A program made the translations under genes and the position numbers. Below, piece by piece: positions 24,650 to 37,894 of a stretch of 64,000 bases of DNA. The notes under the pieces were generated by a model. The model made no database searches. It saw only the letters and a list, made by a program, of their open reading frames with translations, and had not been told where the DNA came from. The DNA is taken from positions 70,434,001 to 70,498,000 of the forward strand of contig NC_086097.1 in NCBI RefSeq assembly GCF_963921235.1, written 5' to 3'. This stretch comes from Mobula hypostoma (lineage: Eukaryota). Position 1 is the first letter of the stretch. Every line of letters begins with the position of its first letter.

Positions 24650-25512
24650 GCAACACAGCACAAATGCCCACTTCTCTACTCTCTCTATATTCATGACGGC
24701 GTGGCTAAGCACAGCTCAAGCACTATTTATGAACTCACCGATGGCACCACTGCAGTTGGTAGAATCTCAAATGGCAATGAAGCGCAGAAGGGTGAGATAG
24801 AGTGGCTGGTTGAGTGGTGTTGTGACCATCAACTTGCGCTCAATATCAGTGAGACCAAGGAATTGACTGTTGACTTCAGGACGGGGAGTCAGGAGAACAC
24901 ATGCCAATGCTCTCTGAGGAGTCTCTGGTGGAGATTATGGGCAGCTTCATGTACTTGGGCATCAATGTGTCAGAAGACCTATCCTGGGCCCAAATCAGTG
25001 ATGCAATCACAAAGATGGCACTATTTCACTCAGAGTTTTCGGAGACTTGGCATATCGTTAAAGGCTCTTGCATTCTGACTGGTTGCATTACAGCCTGGTA
25101 TGGAGCCTCCAATGCACAGGATCTGAAGAGGCTGCACAGGTTGTAGGCTCTGCCAGTTTCATCATGTACGGAACCTTCTCCATCATCGAGGATATCTTCA
25201 AGAGGTAGTGCCTCAAGCAGGAAGCATCCATCTCTGAGGTCCCTCACCAACTGGAACATCCTTCTTCTCATTACTATCAGGGGGCGATACAATAGCCTGA
25301 AGACACACTCAATGGTTTAGGAACAGCTTCCTTCCCTCTGTAATCGGATTTCTGATGGTGCATGAACCCATGAATAATAAATACCTCATTATTCCTTATT
25401 TTGCACTATTTATTTACTTTGCAATTTATAATTTCATGTCTTTACACTGTACTGCTGCCACGAAACAGCAAATTTCACATCTCAACCAATGATAATAAAT
25501 CTGAGTCTAATT
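24650..25512 (+). mobile_element. Rex-Babar-like LINE RT/3' fragment
   Basis: PLLYSLYIHDGVA, LNISETKELTVDFR, ILTGCITAWYG; tail ATAATAAATCTGAGTCT. Confidence 0.8.
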
Positions 25513-25687
25513 CTACTCTCTTGTAGAACGAGCTACTCCTTTAAAAGACTGACACTAATTTTGTCAAGTTATCATTTGCTCTAGTAATGTGATCCTTTCA
25601 AAGCCATTCTTTGTTCTTTCCATCCTCTTACCAGTATTCTGTCTTTAATTTACTTATTTAAAGTACTATCATTTGTTAACATATTCC

Positions 25688-25782
25688 CGATGAAGGGTCT
25701 CGGGCCAAAACATCGACAGTTTACTCTTTTCCATAGATGCTGCCAGGCCTGCTGACTTCCTCCAACATTTTGTGTGTGTTGC
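25688..25782 (+). mobile_element. 95-bp Penelope-derived hammerhead+tail unit
   Basis: (C)CGATGAAGGGTCTCGGGCCAAAACATCGACAG...TTTTGTGTGTGTTGC; exact 12-bp TSD TTAACATATTCC at 25676-25687 and 25783-25794. Confidence 0.88.
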
Positions 25783-26854
25783 TTAACATATTCCTGTTAG
25801 ATTTCATGTCCTTGCCCTGCCCAGGTAGCTTCCAGTTAATGTAGGCATTGATATTGGGGAAATTCTGCTGTGATGAATAGACCCTTTACACATTTGTGGA
25901 TCGTGTTGGTCGTGTGCGTAATGGGACCATGGGATGGTTCAGTCAATAATGGGAGGAGCATATTGCTGCCCAATTCCCAGAAACTAGCTGTCTGCATATC
26001 AGAGCATCTTGAAATGTTCAAATGATTATGTTTGTCCTAATGGCAGGATCCATATAATTAAAACTTCATTTTTCAATGCAGATACTTGAAGGGGAAAAAA
26101 AAGCCTCAAATTGCAAATTAATGAAATCACACAAATGAACATACACATCTCGATGCATGACCTAGAAAATTAAAAATTTACTTTTCAACGTGTTGGCACT
26201 AAAACAGATATCAGCAGCTTGTAAATGTAAATGACTAAATTCGCACAGTGATGTATGCATGTTCATAGTATGACCCAGTAAACGTGGCTTCAGATATTGG
26301 GTGGTCCCAAAGGAATCTAAAATGAATGTCCTTGGCCTGAATTATACTCATGTTTTGATGGCAGTTTCTGTACGCTGCAGTGCAGAAGCCAGAGTCGAGC
26401 TGGAGGTCAGCTGCCTGCATACAGCATCTGTTCTCCTGTGCCACTGCACGACTCAGACCTGAATTCCTGGTCAGGGCACAAATATGGTGAACGGAGGAGC
26501 AAGATGCACTTTCCATTTCTCTGGGGAATCATCTCTCAGTTCTGTCATGAGGCTGGGCTTGGTTCTGGATCTAGGACAATGGAAATTATTGGAGAAATGA
26601 TTAGTGGGCAAGGCAAAGATAGATTACATTTTAAAATTCTTAAATTTTGCTTTTTTTAATAAATGTTCTAAGTATTTCAACTAATTTTTTTTATTTAAAT
26701 CTGTAATAAATTTTAATGTCATGAAATGATAAAATAATATATTTCTGTTTAAACTGGAAACCTGCAGGTGGGTCCTATTTGCAGAGAAATAAAGCATACA
26801 TACTTGTACTACATACATACTTTGATAATAAACTACTTCGAATTCTTTGAGTTC

Positions 26855-27823
26855 TTTGAAGTTTGCTGATGATACCACTGTCGAGTGGCCAAATCAAAGG
26901 TGGTGACAAATCAGCATTTAAGAGAGAGATTGGTTGAATGGCGTCACAATAACAGCCTCTTACTCAATGTCAGTGAGACTAAGAAGCTGGTTATTGACTT
27001 CAGGAAGAGGAATCCAGAGGTCCATGAGCCAGTCCTCATCGGAGGATCAGAGGTGGAGAGGGTCAGCAACTTTACAAAAACTCTGTGTTATCATTTTGGA
27101 GGATTTGTCTGGGCCCAGCATGCAAGGGAAATTTTGAAGAAAGCACAGCAGTGCCTCTACATCCTTTGGAGTTGTGAAAATTCAGTATATCATCTAAATA
27201 TTGACAAACTTCTATAGATGTGTGGGGGAGAGTATTTGGTACTTACCATCATACCTTGGTAAGGGAAACACCAATGTCCTTGAACAGAAAATCCTCCAAA
27301 AAGTAATGGGCATCACTGGTAAAGCCCTCCCCACCATTGAGCACATCTACATAAAGCGTTGTTGCAGGAAAGAAACATCCATATTCAGGGATCCCCATCA
27401 GCTCTCTTCTCACTGCTGCCATCAGGAAGATGGTACAGGAGCCCCAGGACTCACACCACCAGGCTTCAGAACATTTATAACCCCTCAACCATCAGGCTCT
27501 TGAACAAAAAGGGATAATTTCACTCAAGTTCACGCCCTGTTACTGAACTGTTCCCACAACCTATAGACTCAGTTTCAAGAAACTTTCATCTCTGTTCTCA
27601 CTATTTATTATTTATTTATTATTATAATTATTTCTTTTTGTATTTGCACAGTTGTTGTCTTTTGCACACTGGATGAACACCCATGTTGGTGTGGTCTTCC
27701 ATTAATTCTATTATGGTTATTATTCTTCTCTGGATTTATTGAGCATGCCTACAAGAAAATGAATCTCATAGTTGTATGTGGTGATATATATGTATTGTGA
27801 GAATAAATTTACTTTGAAATTTG
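26855..27823 (+). mobile_element. Rex-Babar-like LINE 3' part
   Basis: KFADDT, LNVSETKKLVIDFRK, NFYRCVGESI; tail AATAAATTTACTTTGA. Confidence 0.8.
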
Positions 27824-28576
27824 AGTCACCAGGATGAAACCTCTTTTCCGTGAATATCACTCACAGTCAGCACATCTCGGCACAAAGCTGCATGGGCTTT
27901 CAAAGCCTTCATCACGCAGCCTGTGGCCTGTTACTATTGAGTGTTGCCCTTTGTGCTAGGTTTGCACCAGCATTGGTGACCACAGCCACAATGGCAGAAG
28001 TCCAGCTGTCTGAGTCATAACCATACTTGTTCCTTCACAGAAGTGAAACCATTCATGTTTTCTCCTTCCCTATCTCATTTCCAGTTGCCCAGAATCTCCA
28101 TACACACAGTGCTCATTCATCTCCATGGCAACCTCTTTAAAACACGAATCTACTTCCCATTAGTGGTCAATTAGACAGATCAGGTTTTATCACTCTTATT
28201 GGTGAGGAATTCAGAATTTTCAATCCGTCTCTGATGTCCAACTTGCTGCCACATTTTCTAAGCATGAATTTGGCATCACGCCTTCCACTTCAACGATAGC
28301 ATTTTTTTGAAGTCGAGAGCTCTGTCTAACTCCAGCCACTTGGATCTAGGAGATAATTTAGGGAAAGGATAGTCTTGCAGATTTTGGCCACTCTCAGCTC
28401 CTTTACCAGACTACTTTCATTGCTCTATGTTTGGGCTTTCATGACTAAAGTCACGAGTGAAATTAAAAAAACACTGCAAAAATTTGGTGTGTGGTAATGT
28501 CTATGAAGTATGACAATGTTCGAAATGATTTCAAAAGGCCAGCTGAAATCTTCCCTGTTGATCATAATTGTTGTAG

Positions 28577-29174
28577 TATAACACTTGCTTCGCCTAGTGG
28601 CTTACTCTAGGGGGTGATAACCACACACCCCCTCTCCCCTCCCGCCCGGCCAAACTTAAGAAATCTCGTTTGGGTGGATGCGGCGCAATATGTCCCCTGT
28701 TACAAATCAGTACCCTGAAATAACAAACAGTACACAATATGCGATTAAACGAATAAGCTTTATAACTCTTACTTTGACTATATGGTTAGTAGAAAAACAA
28801 AATATAAAAGAAAAAGGGTGCCAATCTTAATAAACAGTCTCTGCACGATAGTTGGAGCTCACGCAGTTCAGTAGTCCGTCTTGCACCATCGATCTTCTCC
28901 TTCGGACCCCCGCTCAGAGTCCACCCCATCCGGCGATCTACCACATTTCTCCATTCACGTCTTCTCTCTTCATCTCTCCCTCTCCTTCTGGCAAAAGCCC
29001 ACGAAAACAACTGCTTCCAGAATCACAAGACAGGCAACAAAATCCCGATTGGCTAACATGCATCAACAGTCCAGTTATCTCCAATGATAACCCAAACATT
29101 GCTACTACAGAGAAACTGTTACCTCAGCAGTGAACATTACAAAGAAGCCATTACATTATAGAGAAACCATTACC
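28577..29174 (-). repeat. 3' LTR of the Gypsy element
   Basis: Direct repeat of 34823-35388 with scattered substitutions, small indels and one extra 19-bp terminal sub-repeat. Confidence 0.9.
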
Positions 29175-29199
29175 TTCTCCCCCCATCAAATTTAGTCAT

Positions 29200-32100
29200 G
29201 TCCTCATAACGTTGAGATAATTCGCCAACCCTTCCTGCAAAACACAAAGCCCAATCCAGGTGCAAAGGGCAGTGACATAGCTCCCCAAAACAGTAGAGAT
29301 CACGCCCTGTTCCCCAGGCGCTACATAGGCCAACCTATCTGGTGGTCTCCTAATTCTCTGAGACCTCCGTACCTCCTCACCTAACTCTTCAGGGTCAGGC
29401 GCTACTGGGGATACTTCGGGTCTGCTTGCGAATCCTCGATCTATCACTCAGGCCCCCCTGCAACTCGGAGCCCTCTGTCCCGTGTCCAGGCCCCGCTTCC
29501 TCTCCTTCAGGGTCCTGCTGTAACCCAGGCTGCCCACAGATAGCCCCCCCCCACCTCACCTGACTTAGTGGGAGAAGGGCCAGGAATCTCTTCCTCAATC
29601 AAGGGGGAGTTAGCGAAAAGCAGCATGTACCACACTTACAGATCATCATCCTCCGAATCTGTATCCCTCTCATGGGCGGGGCCCGACCCAGCCTCTCCTG
29701 CTGTGGGCCCTGCAGTCGCCCTGCGTTTTCACGGAGTCCCCTTACTAGGGGTAGGCTCCAAGTCGGGTTCTGGGTCTACCTGCACCTCTTGTCCCAGGGT
29801 CCGATGGAGAATATTGACAGGCCCATTCCCATCCTCTGGTTTCACCCGGAAAGCTGGTAGGTTTGGCATCTGACTCTCCACCACATAGGGTGTAGCTGCC
29901 CAGCGGTCAGCCAACTTGTGCTTTCCAGGTCGTCCCAAGTTTCTTATGAGGACTCAGTCTCCCAGCAGGGGTTGGGAGAACCTCACCTTCTGATCGTACC
30001 TCCTCTTATTTCCTCGATTCTGCTTGGCGGCCGTGACCCCAGCCAATTCATTAGCCCTTTTCAGCTCTCTCCTCAAATCTGACACGTACTTCAGATAAGG
30101 CTTCGGTGGTAAGTCACCCCCGTCATTCCCAAAACAAAGTTCAGTGGGCACCCTCACCTCGCGCCCAAACATCAGATAATATGGCGAGTACCCAGTAGCT
30201 TCATTTTGTGTACAGTTGTAACAGTGAACCATATGCCCAATATGTTGACTCCACCTGCTCTGCTTGCTGACCTCCAGGTTCCTGAGCATGTCTAGCAAGG
30301 TCCGATTAAACCTCCCTAGCTGGGGAATCACCCTGCGGGTGATAGGGCGTGGTCCTCGACTTCTCAACCCCAAGAATGCCCAGTAACTCATAGATGAGTC
30401 TGCTCTCGAGGTCCCATCCCCGATCACTACGTATCCACCTGGGAAGACCATAATAAATGAAATACTTCTCCCAAAACACTTTTGCCACCATAGTCGCCCT
30501 CTGGTCCTTGGTAGTAAAAGCCTGAGCATATCTGGTGTAGTGGTCTGTGATGACTAAGACATTCACCGTGTTGCTGGCATCGGGTTCTATGGACAGGAAA
30601 TCCATACTCACTAGGTCCAGGGGCCCTGCACTCTGCAAGTGGGACAAAGAAGCTGCCTGTGTAGGCAGTGTCTTCCGCTGTATGCAGCGAATGCATAACT
30701 TGCAGTATTCTTTGACCTTGGGCTTCATTCGGGGCCAGCAAAACCAGTCTCTGAGCAATCCATAGGTCTTTTCCACCCCCAAAAGTCCAGAATCATCATG
30801 AAGTGACTTCAACGCAATCCTCTGATACTTCTCGGGCAAAACCAGCTGGCAACGCCGAGGTCGGTCCGAGGGTGACGTGACCCCGTTTAAGATTGGGTTC
30901 TTTAACTCCATCCGAGGCTATTCTTTCAGTAATGGAGGCACCGAAGCGTGTTTCATCTTCTCTGTCTGAGCCATGTCTCCCTTTTCAACCACGTACCAAA
31001 TAGTACCAATGCCTGGGTCATCTCGCTGAGTAGCTGCCACTTCCACAGATCTCAAGTCTGGCAGCTGATTTGTCTTCAGAGCAGTCAGGTTACAGTGAAC
31101 TTGGGGAATAGTGTCATCAGAAGCCCCCAGTTGATCCACTGCTCGATCCTGCCTCTCCTTTTCCTCTGCCTTCACGGTGATGGCAAACTGACACACGGCC
31201 TTCACCCCAGGGGCAGGAATGCTCTCCCACTCCTCGTCCCTGACCAGTCCCTCATGCACACGTCAGGACAAAGCATCTGCATTAATGTTCCAGTACTTCA
31301 GGCTGAAATCATAGGCAGACGACACTGCCAACCACCGATGGCCTGTGGTATCCAGTATCGCCGAGGTCAGGATATAAGTTCGGGGATTGTTGACCATCCT
31401 TACCTCAAACTTGGCCCCGTAGAGATAGTCACTCAGCTTATCCACCACCGCCCATTTCAACGTCAGGAATTCCAACTTGTGCATGGGATAGTTTCTCTCG
31501 GAGGGCGACAGACTCCGGCTGACAACGCCACAGGCCTCAACCAGGTGCCCTGCTCTTGATACAGGATGCCCCCTAAACCTTCTTGGCTGGCATCTGTGTG
31601 CAGTACATAAGGCAATCGGGGGTCCGCAAAAGCCAGCATCGGCGCCTAGGTCAGCAACTCCTTCAGCAACTGAAAAGCCTCCTCACATTTTACATCCCAC
31701 CTCTGTCCAAAGAGCTCAGACGGGTTTAGATATTCTCCACCCTACTGTCCTTTTCTCCCCAGGGGAGGGTAACCACACAGAAGCTGATTCAAGCGGTGAC
31801 TCGCTTTGGCATAGCCCTTCACAAATCTCCAATAGTGACCACAGAACCCAAAGAACGAGTGCAGAGCGCTCGCAGTGGTCCAGCCAAGTGGTCACCACTT
31901 CTATCTTAGCTGGGTCTGTAGCTACTCCAATCCATGAGGTTATGTGTCCAACATAATTAACAGACGTTTTGCAGAACTGGCACTTGTCCAGGGAAAGCTT
32001 TAACCCTTCAGCTTTCAGGCAGCTGAGCACCTTCAGCAGCCTCACTTCATGTTCTTCCAAGGTGGATCCAAATACTATGAGGTCATCCAAATACACCAAC

Positions 32101-33600
32101 GCCTGAAGCAAGTTCATAACCACCACTGTCTTCTCCATGACCCGCTGGAATGTTGCAGGGGCTACCAATATGCCCTGGGGCATCCTTTTGAACTGGAAGA
32201 ATCCCAGGGGACATATAAATGCTGTCTTCCCTTTGTTGGCCTTACTCATGGGGATCTGGTAATATCCACTCCTCAAATCCAGCACACTGAACCACTTCGC
32301 ACCACTCAGACGGGCCAGCGCACCGTCGACCCTCAGGACCGTATACCGGTCAGGGACAGTGTGCCTGTTCAGAGTCCTATAGTCCACACACATGTGTACC
32401 TTCCCATTCTTCCGGGCCACTACTATTGGGGATGCATAGGGGCTTCGGGACTCAGTGAAGATCCCAGCTTCCTTCAACTTACACAGATGCTGCCAAACGT
32501 CTTCCACCTCTGCAGGGGCCAGTGGCCGCGACTTCTCTGTAAACAGGGTGTCCTCGGTCACCCAGATAGTGTGACAAGTGATCTTGGAACAACACACATC
32601 AAACGCGCCCATAGAAAAGACACCTTCCAGCTTCAATATCTTCGCTACCAACCTCCTCTTCCAATCTGCAGGAACCGGGGAGTCCCCGAAGTTGAAGGTC
32701 AACTTTCCCCCCCTTTTCCGATAGTTTCTTCCTGGCAGGTCTCACAGGAGCACTAGCCATTACTGTCACCGGGAAAAAATGTGCCAGGGGCATCCCCCGC
32801 TTGAAGGTGACCTCCCTCTTCAAAATATTCCTGACGATCACTGCCATCCTGCTCGCCTGTACAACTGAGGTCTTCTGCAATTCCGGCCTCAGCAATAGCC
32901 CAGCAGGAAATCCTGATTCCCTCTTGTGGTCTTCCAGAGCGTCCACTAAGAGGGCTTCGTCCTCAGGCACTCCGGGAAATTTGAGGGTCTCCATCACTCT
33001 CGCTACTTCCCCGGGCCGTACAACCATTTGCTTCGACTGGGTGAACCACATAGTCCCTTGTCTAAATTCGGTATCCGGCCCAATGCTGCCACGCGCTTCC
33101 TCAAAAGCAGCTCAAATCCCCGGGTGCACGGACAATGTTCCCAGAAAGCTCTCACCAGCCTTCTCCTTGCAGGCCCCCATGAGCCTCCTCACAAGACGGG
33201 TGTTGGTCCCCACTAGAATTGAAACACTACCCTTCTCAACAGGGTCTGGATAAACCAGCACCACCGTATCAAGGACCTAAGACACTCCCACAATGGCCTC
33301 CAAGAACTCCAGTTTCACTGACAGATAACCGTCATATGGATAATCACCAGCACTGAGACCCCAAATCTCCAGTGCATTGAATGGTGTCAAGGGTAAATGC
33401 TTCAGATACTGGTTGTAAAACAAATGGTACAGTAACATGACCTGCGACCTGGTGTCGAGTATGGCTTTAGCATAACTACCCTCTGTCTGTAGCGACACAC
33501 TGGAGCGTGGTGCCACTAAGCCTTCGGGAATAGTGTCTTTTGCTTTCGGGGGTTCCTTGTATATTGCTAGGAACATGTTCCCCCAGAGACACCAGGCCGT
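29200..33600 (-). pseudogene. Gypsy pol (protease, RT, RNase H, integrase) with stops and frameshifts
   Basis: ILDTRSQV (PR); MCVDYRTLN, LDLRSGYYQI, YLDD (RT); KLEFLTLKWAV (RH); CIRC, DFLSI, TDHYTRY, SPYYLMFGRE (IN). Confidence 0.93.
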
Positions 33601-33649
33601 TCACTGGGTCTCCTCTAAGTTTTCCCAACAACTTTGCCTGCTGAGGTAC

Positions 33650-34700
33650 CCGGGGGCTCACTCTCCTTCTGGTGTGACACCTGTTGCCAGCAACCCTCTG
33701 CATTGTTCGTCCCCTTGGGGAATCCGCACCCACCCCCCCATCAGCTCCATCATATGGAGGGGGGTCACACCCGCTGATAACAGCTGACGTATCTCCGTTC
33801 TCAACTCTGCTGCAATCTCCTCTACTGCTCCCCAGGGTAGGCTATCTGTGGTCACTTCACCACAGGGTACCACTACCGAGGACTGTACCCTGCTGACTGA
33901 GTCCTTCCACGCCTCCTCCGCATTCTCCTCTTCCCGTACCTCTCTGATCAGCTCAACAAAAGATGGAGGGGGCACATCTTCCAAGACTGTCAGAGACCCC
34001 ATGCAATCCGATCATGGGACTGGGCGCCCTGGCTATCTGGTCCATTCTTACCTGATCCACTTCATCAACCTGAATGACCCCTCCGTGCCGTAAGCACTTT
34101 AGCTGCCTCTCTAGCCAAAAAATAAAAGCAGAAAACTTCTCCCCCTTCTCCTGACGCACATTTTGAACCCCCACCAGGAGCTCCATTGGGCTTCCAGTCG
34201 GACCAAACGCATTTTCCAGGGCTTGCAGATAATTGACGGCTGTTGCTACGGAATGAGTTAACCTGACAGTTCTCACAAAGTCAGCAGCCCGCCCATTCAA
34301 GCTTTCAACCGATCTCTGACACTTTTCATCATCTGAGCACTGCCACTCATCCAACAACTGAGAGGTCTGCTCCACCCAAGCCTCATACACCTCCTCCCCT
34401 TTAGGGGTGGGCGTTATTCCAGAGAACTGGCGGAGCCTGCCATAACTGGGACTTTGACTCTGATCTTTCCATTTATTCGCCAGAGAAGTAAGGGCAGATA
34501 CTACCTCAGAATTCTCACTCTTCACCGGGGGACATGGACTAATTAGACATTCCAAATCTGACCACTCCTTCCCCTCACTCCTCAGAAATGAAAGAACCCT
34601 GTCTTTGAAATCCCTACCCCCAGCTACCTCAGTGCTGGTCTGCATTAAAACGAGAGCTGCACCCGCCATTTTATCAAACCTCCGCTCACAATTGCAACTT
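33650..34700 (-). pseudogene. Gypsy gag, PNMA/MOAP1-like capsid
   Basis: YGRLRQFSG..PTPKGEEVYEAWVEQT..LLDEWQCSDDEK..R..ESLNGRA; QEKGEKFSAFIFWLE; PPPSFVELIREVREEE. Confidence 0.85.
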
Positions 34701-34800
34701 CAACAGTACTTAACAGTGGAATTAACAATTCATCCAGAGTACAAGTATCTGCCCCACTGGTTCATTGTTCAGGGTAATCACACAGCATCCAATGGAATCA

Positions 34801-34818
34801 ATCCCGGACAAGCCCCCA
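34801..34818 (-). promoter_or_regulatory. Primer-binding site, tRNA-Pro
   Basis: TGGGGGCTTGTCCGGGAT, 17/18 match to the canonical tRNA-Pro PBS TGGGGGCTCGTCCGGGAT, 4 nt inside the 5' LTR. Confidence 0.88.
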
Positions 34819-34822
34819 CAAT

Positions 34823-35388
34823 TGTAACACTCGCTTCGCTTAGCGGCTTATCGAGGGGGTGATACACCTTCCGCCCCCCCCCGGCCAAACTTAAGAAATC
34901 TCGTTTGGGTGGATGCTGCACGATGTGTTCCCTGTTACAAATCAGTGTCCTGAAATAACAAACAATACACAATATGCGATTAAACGATTAAGCTTTATAA
35001 CTCTTACTTTGACTATATGGTTAGTAGAGAAACAAAATATAAAAGAAAAAGGGTGCCAATCTTATTAAACAGTCTCTGCACAATAGTTGGAGCTCACGCA
35101 GTTCAGTAATCCGTCTTCCATCATCGATGTCCTCCTTCGGACCCTTGCTGGGAGTCCACCCCGTCCGGCGATCTACCACATTTCTCCATTCATGTTTTCT
35201 CTCTTCATCTCTCCCTCTCTTCTGGCAAAATCCTGCGAAAACAACTGCTTCCAGAATCACAAGAATGCAGCAAAATCCCGATTGGCTAACATGCATCAAC
35301 AGTTTGGTTATCTCCAGCAATAACCCAAATATTGCTGCTACAGAGAAACCGTTACCTCAGCAGTGAACATTACAGAGAAGCCATTACA
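34823..35388 (-). repeat. 5' LTR of the Gypsy element
   Basis: TGTAA...TTACA termini; repeat of 28577-29155. Confidence 0.92.
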
Positions 35389-36518
35389 GTAGCGTTTATT
35401 TCAGAAAGTATTAATGGAATAACATCAGTTCTGCTGCCAGAACCCTCTAGCTAGTTTCAGTTACAGGCAATGTGCTTGATTTCCAGAGGTGGAATCACTG
35501 TTGAGATGTAATGGTCATGAAGGATATTATACTGCAGTGTTGGAACTAGCTTTGAACTGAGCCCAGCTGTGTCTGCCTGCAGCAATGTTTGTAATTACTT
35601 CTGCTTTGTGCTTTCATGTTGAAGAAAAAAAAATTGTTATTTAAAATCAATGAATGATGGAGGTCTGCTCCTTCACAAAAGCATTTCAAAATGGTAGCAC
35701 AATCTGTTAACAATTTTCTTCAGCACTGATGATAGGATGAATACAGATTCAGGTTCCTTCTCCTCATATTTAAATTCTGATTTTATCTTCATTTATTCCC
35801 CCAAAAATGGTGAAAAATAAATTAGAATGTATGTAGCAATTTTGAGAAAATAAATCCCAAGGTGAAACTGTTATTTATGAACTGCACAAACCCGACTATA
35901 ACCTCAGAGTACAGGATGTTCAAATATAGTTGAAATATTCTTGAGCATTTATGTAATTAGTCTTCATATTACTTGCAAGTTTTAGCTGATATCATTGCAC
36001 TATTTCAGTCATTGTTTAAGATCCAATGGAACCAAGCCCACTAGTTGCCCTTTTAAAATCATTATTTGGCTAAGCTTCCTGCTTCACTGAAAGACTCACA
36101 TTCTTACGTCATTTGCTGAGAGTGTCATGCATGTGATCTGAGCACCTTCAAATCTTGAGCTCTGACTGGATATCACAAATGCAGGCTAAACTGCAGATTT
36201 ACCCTGATTCTGAATCTGAGGAAGCCTCAGGGCAATGACAAGAAGTCAGGACAGAAGAGTTACTTTTAGGGATGTCACTGCATCTGCTTTCTTCTGCACC
36301 CCTTGTATTGAGAATGACTTGCATCCTCACCAGCATAGGTGGTCTGTGAGGCCAATGTGGAACCCACAGATTTTGTCACAGATGCTTGACAGGATAGGTG
36401 GGTGGCTTGTGAGGCAGGAGTCTCTTTCTGCTCTTTAAACTTGGCTTTTATTTGCTGTCCAATGCACATTTATCAGTACCTCCAGGTGAACTCTGTCTTT
36501 TGGTGTGCTTCCCCCAGC

Positions 36519-37021
36519 CGTCATTCTGTGTTTTTGTATTGCCCCGTGCTCTTGTTTCTTTTCATGCCCTGTGTACTCCTTTCCCTGCTCCTGCTCTACT
36601 CTAGCCCCTGCATCCCTGATTACTCACCCCTTACCTGTTTCTCATTATTACCTGTATTGCTGCCACCTGTGTCTCATTGTGCTCCACCTGTCATCTGCCT
36701 CTCTGTTTATTGCTCAGTGTATTTTAGTCCTGTGTTTTGCTAGATTGTGCTAGTGAGCTTTCCAGTATTTGCATCTAAACTCTGTCCTTCTGAGTATTGA
36801 CCCTGCCTATCTGTTAACCTTGATTTGGCTGTTTATCTTGATTGTTCTGGTTTTTGACTCCACCTGTTTCTTGATTCTGATATTTGGATTTCTCTGGATT
36901 TTTTGATCTCGCCTGAACTTTGATGATGACCTTGTTGCCCCTCTGGATTTGTTACTCAATAATTATCACAGTATGCACAGCACTTGGTCTGTGATTGGGT
37001 CCCTGCTCCAGTGCCCAGACA
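36519..37021 (+). mobile_element. Possible solo LTR (Gypsy-like)
   Basis: CGTCA...AGACA ends, CACCTG-rich first half, TATTTTAG, AATAAT, TTGGGTCC near the 3' end; no TSD seen. Confidence 0.45.
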
Positions 37022-37152
37022 CACAATCACCTCAGCAGTGCAAATTGTTCATGTTTGTCACACACCAATGGCTGCTTTAGAATTTTTAAGGGCCTGGCTG
37101 TATCTGTTCTGACATAGGGGAGTACTAATTGGGTTTCTCCTTTAAATGTACT

Positions 37153-37408
37153 TAGACCATAAGACATAGGAGCAGAATTAGTCTATTCAGCCCATCAAGT
37201 CTGCTCTGCCTTTTGATCATGGCTGAGTTAGCAACCGTCTCAATCCCATTCTTCTGCCTTCTCCATAAAACCTTTGATGCCCATACTAATCAAGAGAGCA
37301 TCAACCTCTGCTTTAAATATACCTGTTGGTGACTTGGCCTTCACAGCCTTCTATGGTAATGAATTCTACTGATTCACACCATCTGACTAAAGAAATTCCT
37401 CCTCACTT
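37153..37408 (-). mobile_element. CR1 3' end
   Basis: AGACCATAAGACATAGGAGCAGAATTAG terminus. Confidence 0.75.
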
Positions 37409-37894
37409 CCTGATCATCATTTCTTAACCCCTTAAGTCACCTCTGGACACTCACCATCCCTTCCTCCCTCCTCAATACCAAAATTCACCTCCTTTCTGGT
37501 GGCCTCATACCTCATGTTTGCCTTGCTGACTGATGAGCACTATCCTTGACCAATCCCCTCTACTCCAACCCTCTGCCTTTGATCCTCTACCTACACCTTA
37601 CCACAATTTACTCCATTCCAAACTCTGTCCTCTGTGACACAATGGTGGGATACGGCAGATGAAAGACCACTGTTCAAATGTCATGCAAGACCGGCTGTAA
37701 TCAATTTTCTAGTTCAGTGACTTTGATAGTGTGAGACTATCAAATCAAATTTCTAGTAACAATACCCTGGGCTAACCTACATCAGCTACTGTGCTGGAAA
37801 GATGCATTTTGTTTAATGTTTGAAAGCAGTTGTTTTACTTAACCCAGTGCATGTACAGTATACCACAGAGATAAATAATCCAACTGCTTCCAAT

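Larger units (their letters stand above)
28577..35388 (-). mobile_element. Full-length decayed Ty3/Gypsy LTR retrotransposon with PNMA-like gag
   Basis: LTRs 34823-35388 (5') and 28577-~29174 (3'); 4-bp TSD GTAG (28573-28576, 35389-35392); PPT GGGGGGAGAA (29175-29184); gag-PR-RT-RH-IN order. Confidence 0.95.

Noticed and set aside
26325..26659. Open frame of ~110 codons in unique-looking DNA
   Set aside because: No homology I can recognise and no convincing splice sites
27920..28035. Minus-strand peptide IVAVVTNAGAN resembling a hAT transposase motif
   Set aside because: Too short, lacks the catalytic Asp, no flanking similarity
28381..28493. Possible exon (tcttgcag...gtaatg) with an open frame ILATLSSF...KFGV
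   Set aside because: Weak polypyrimidine tract, no recognisable protein and no partner exons
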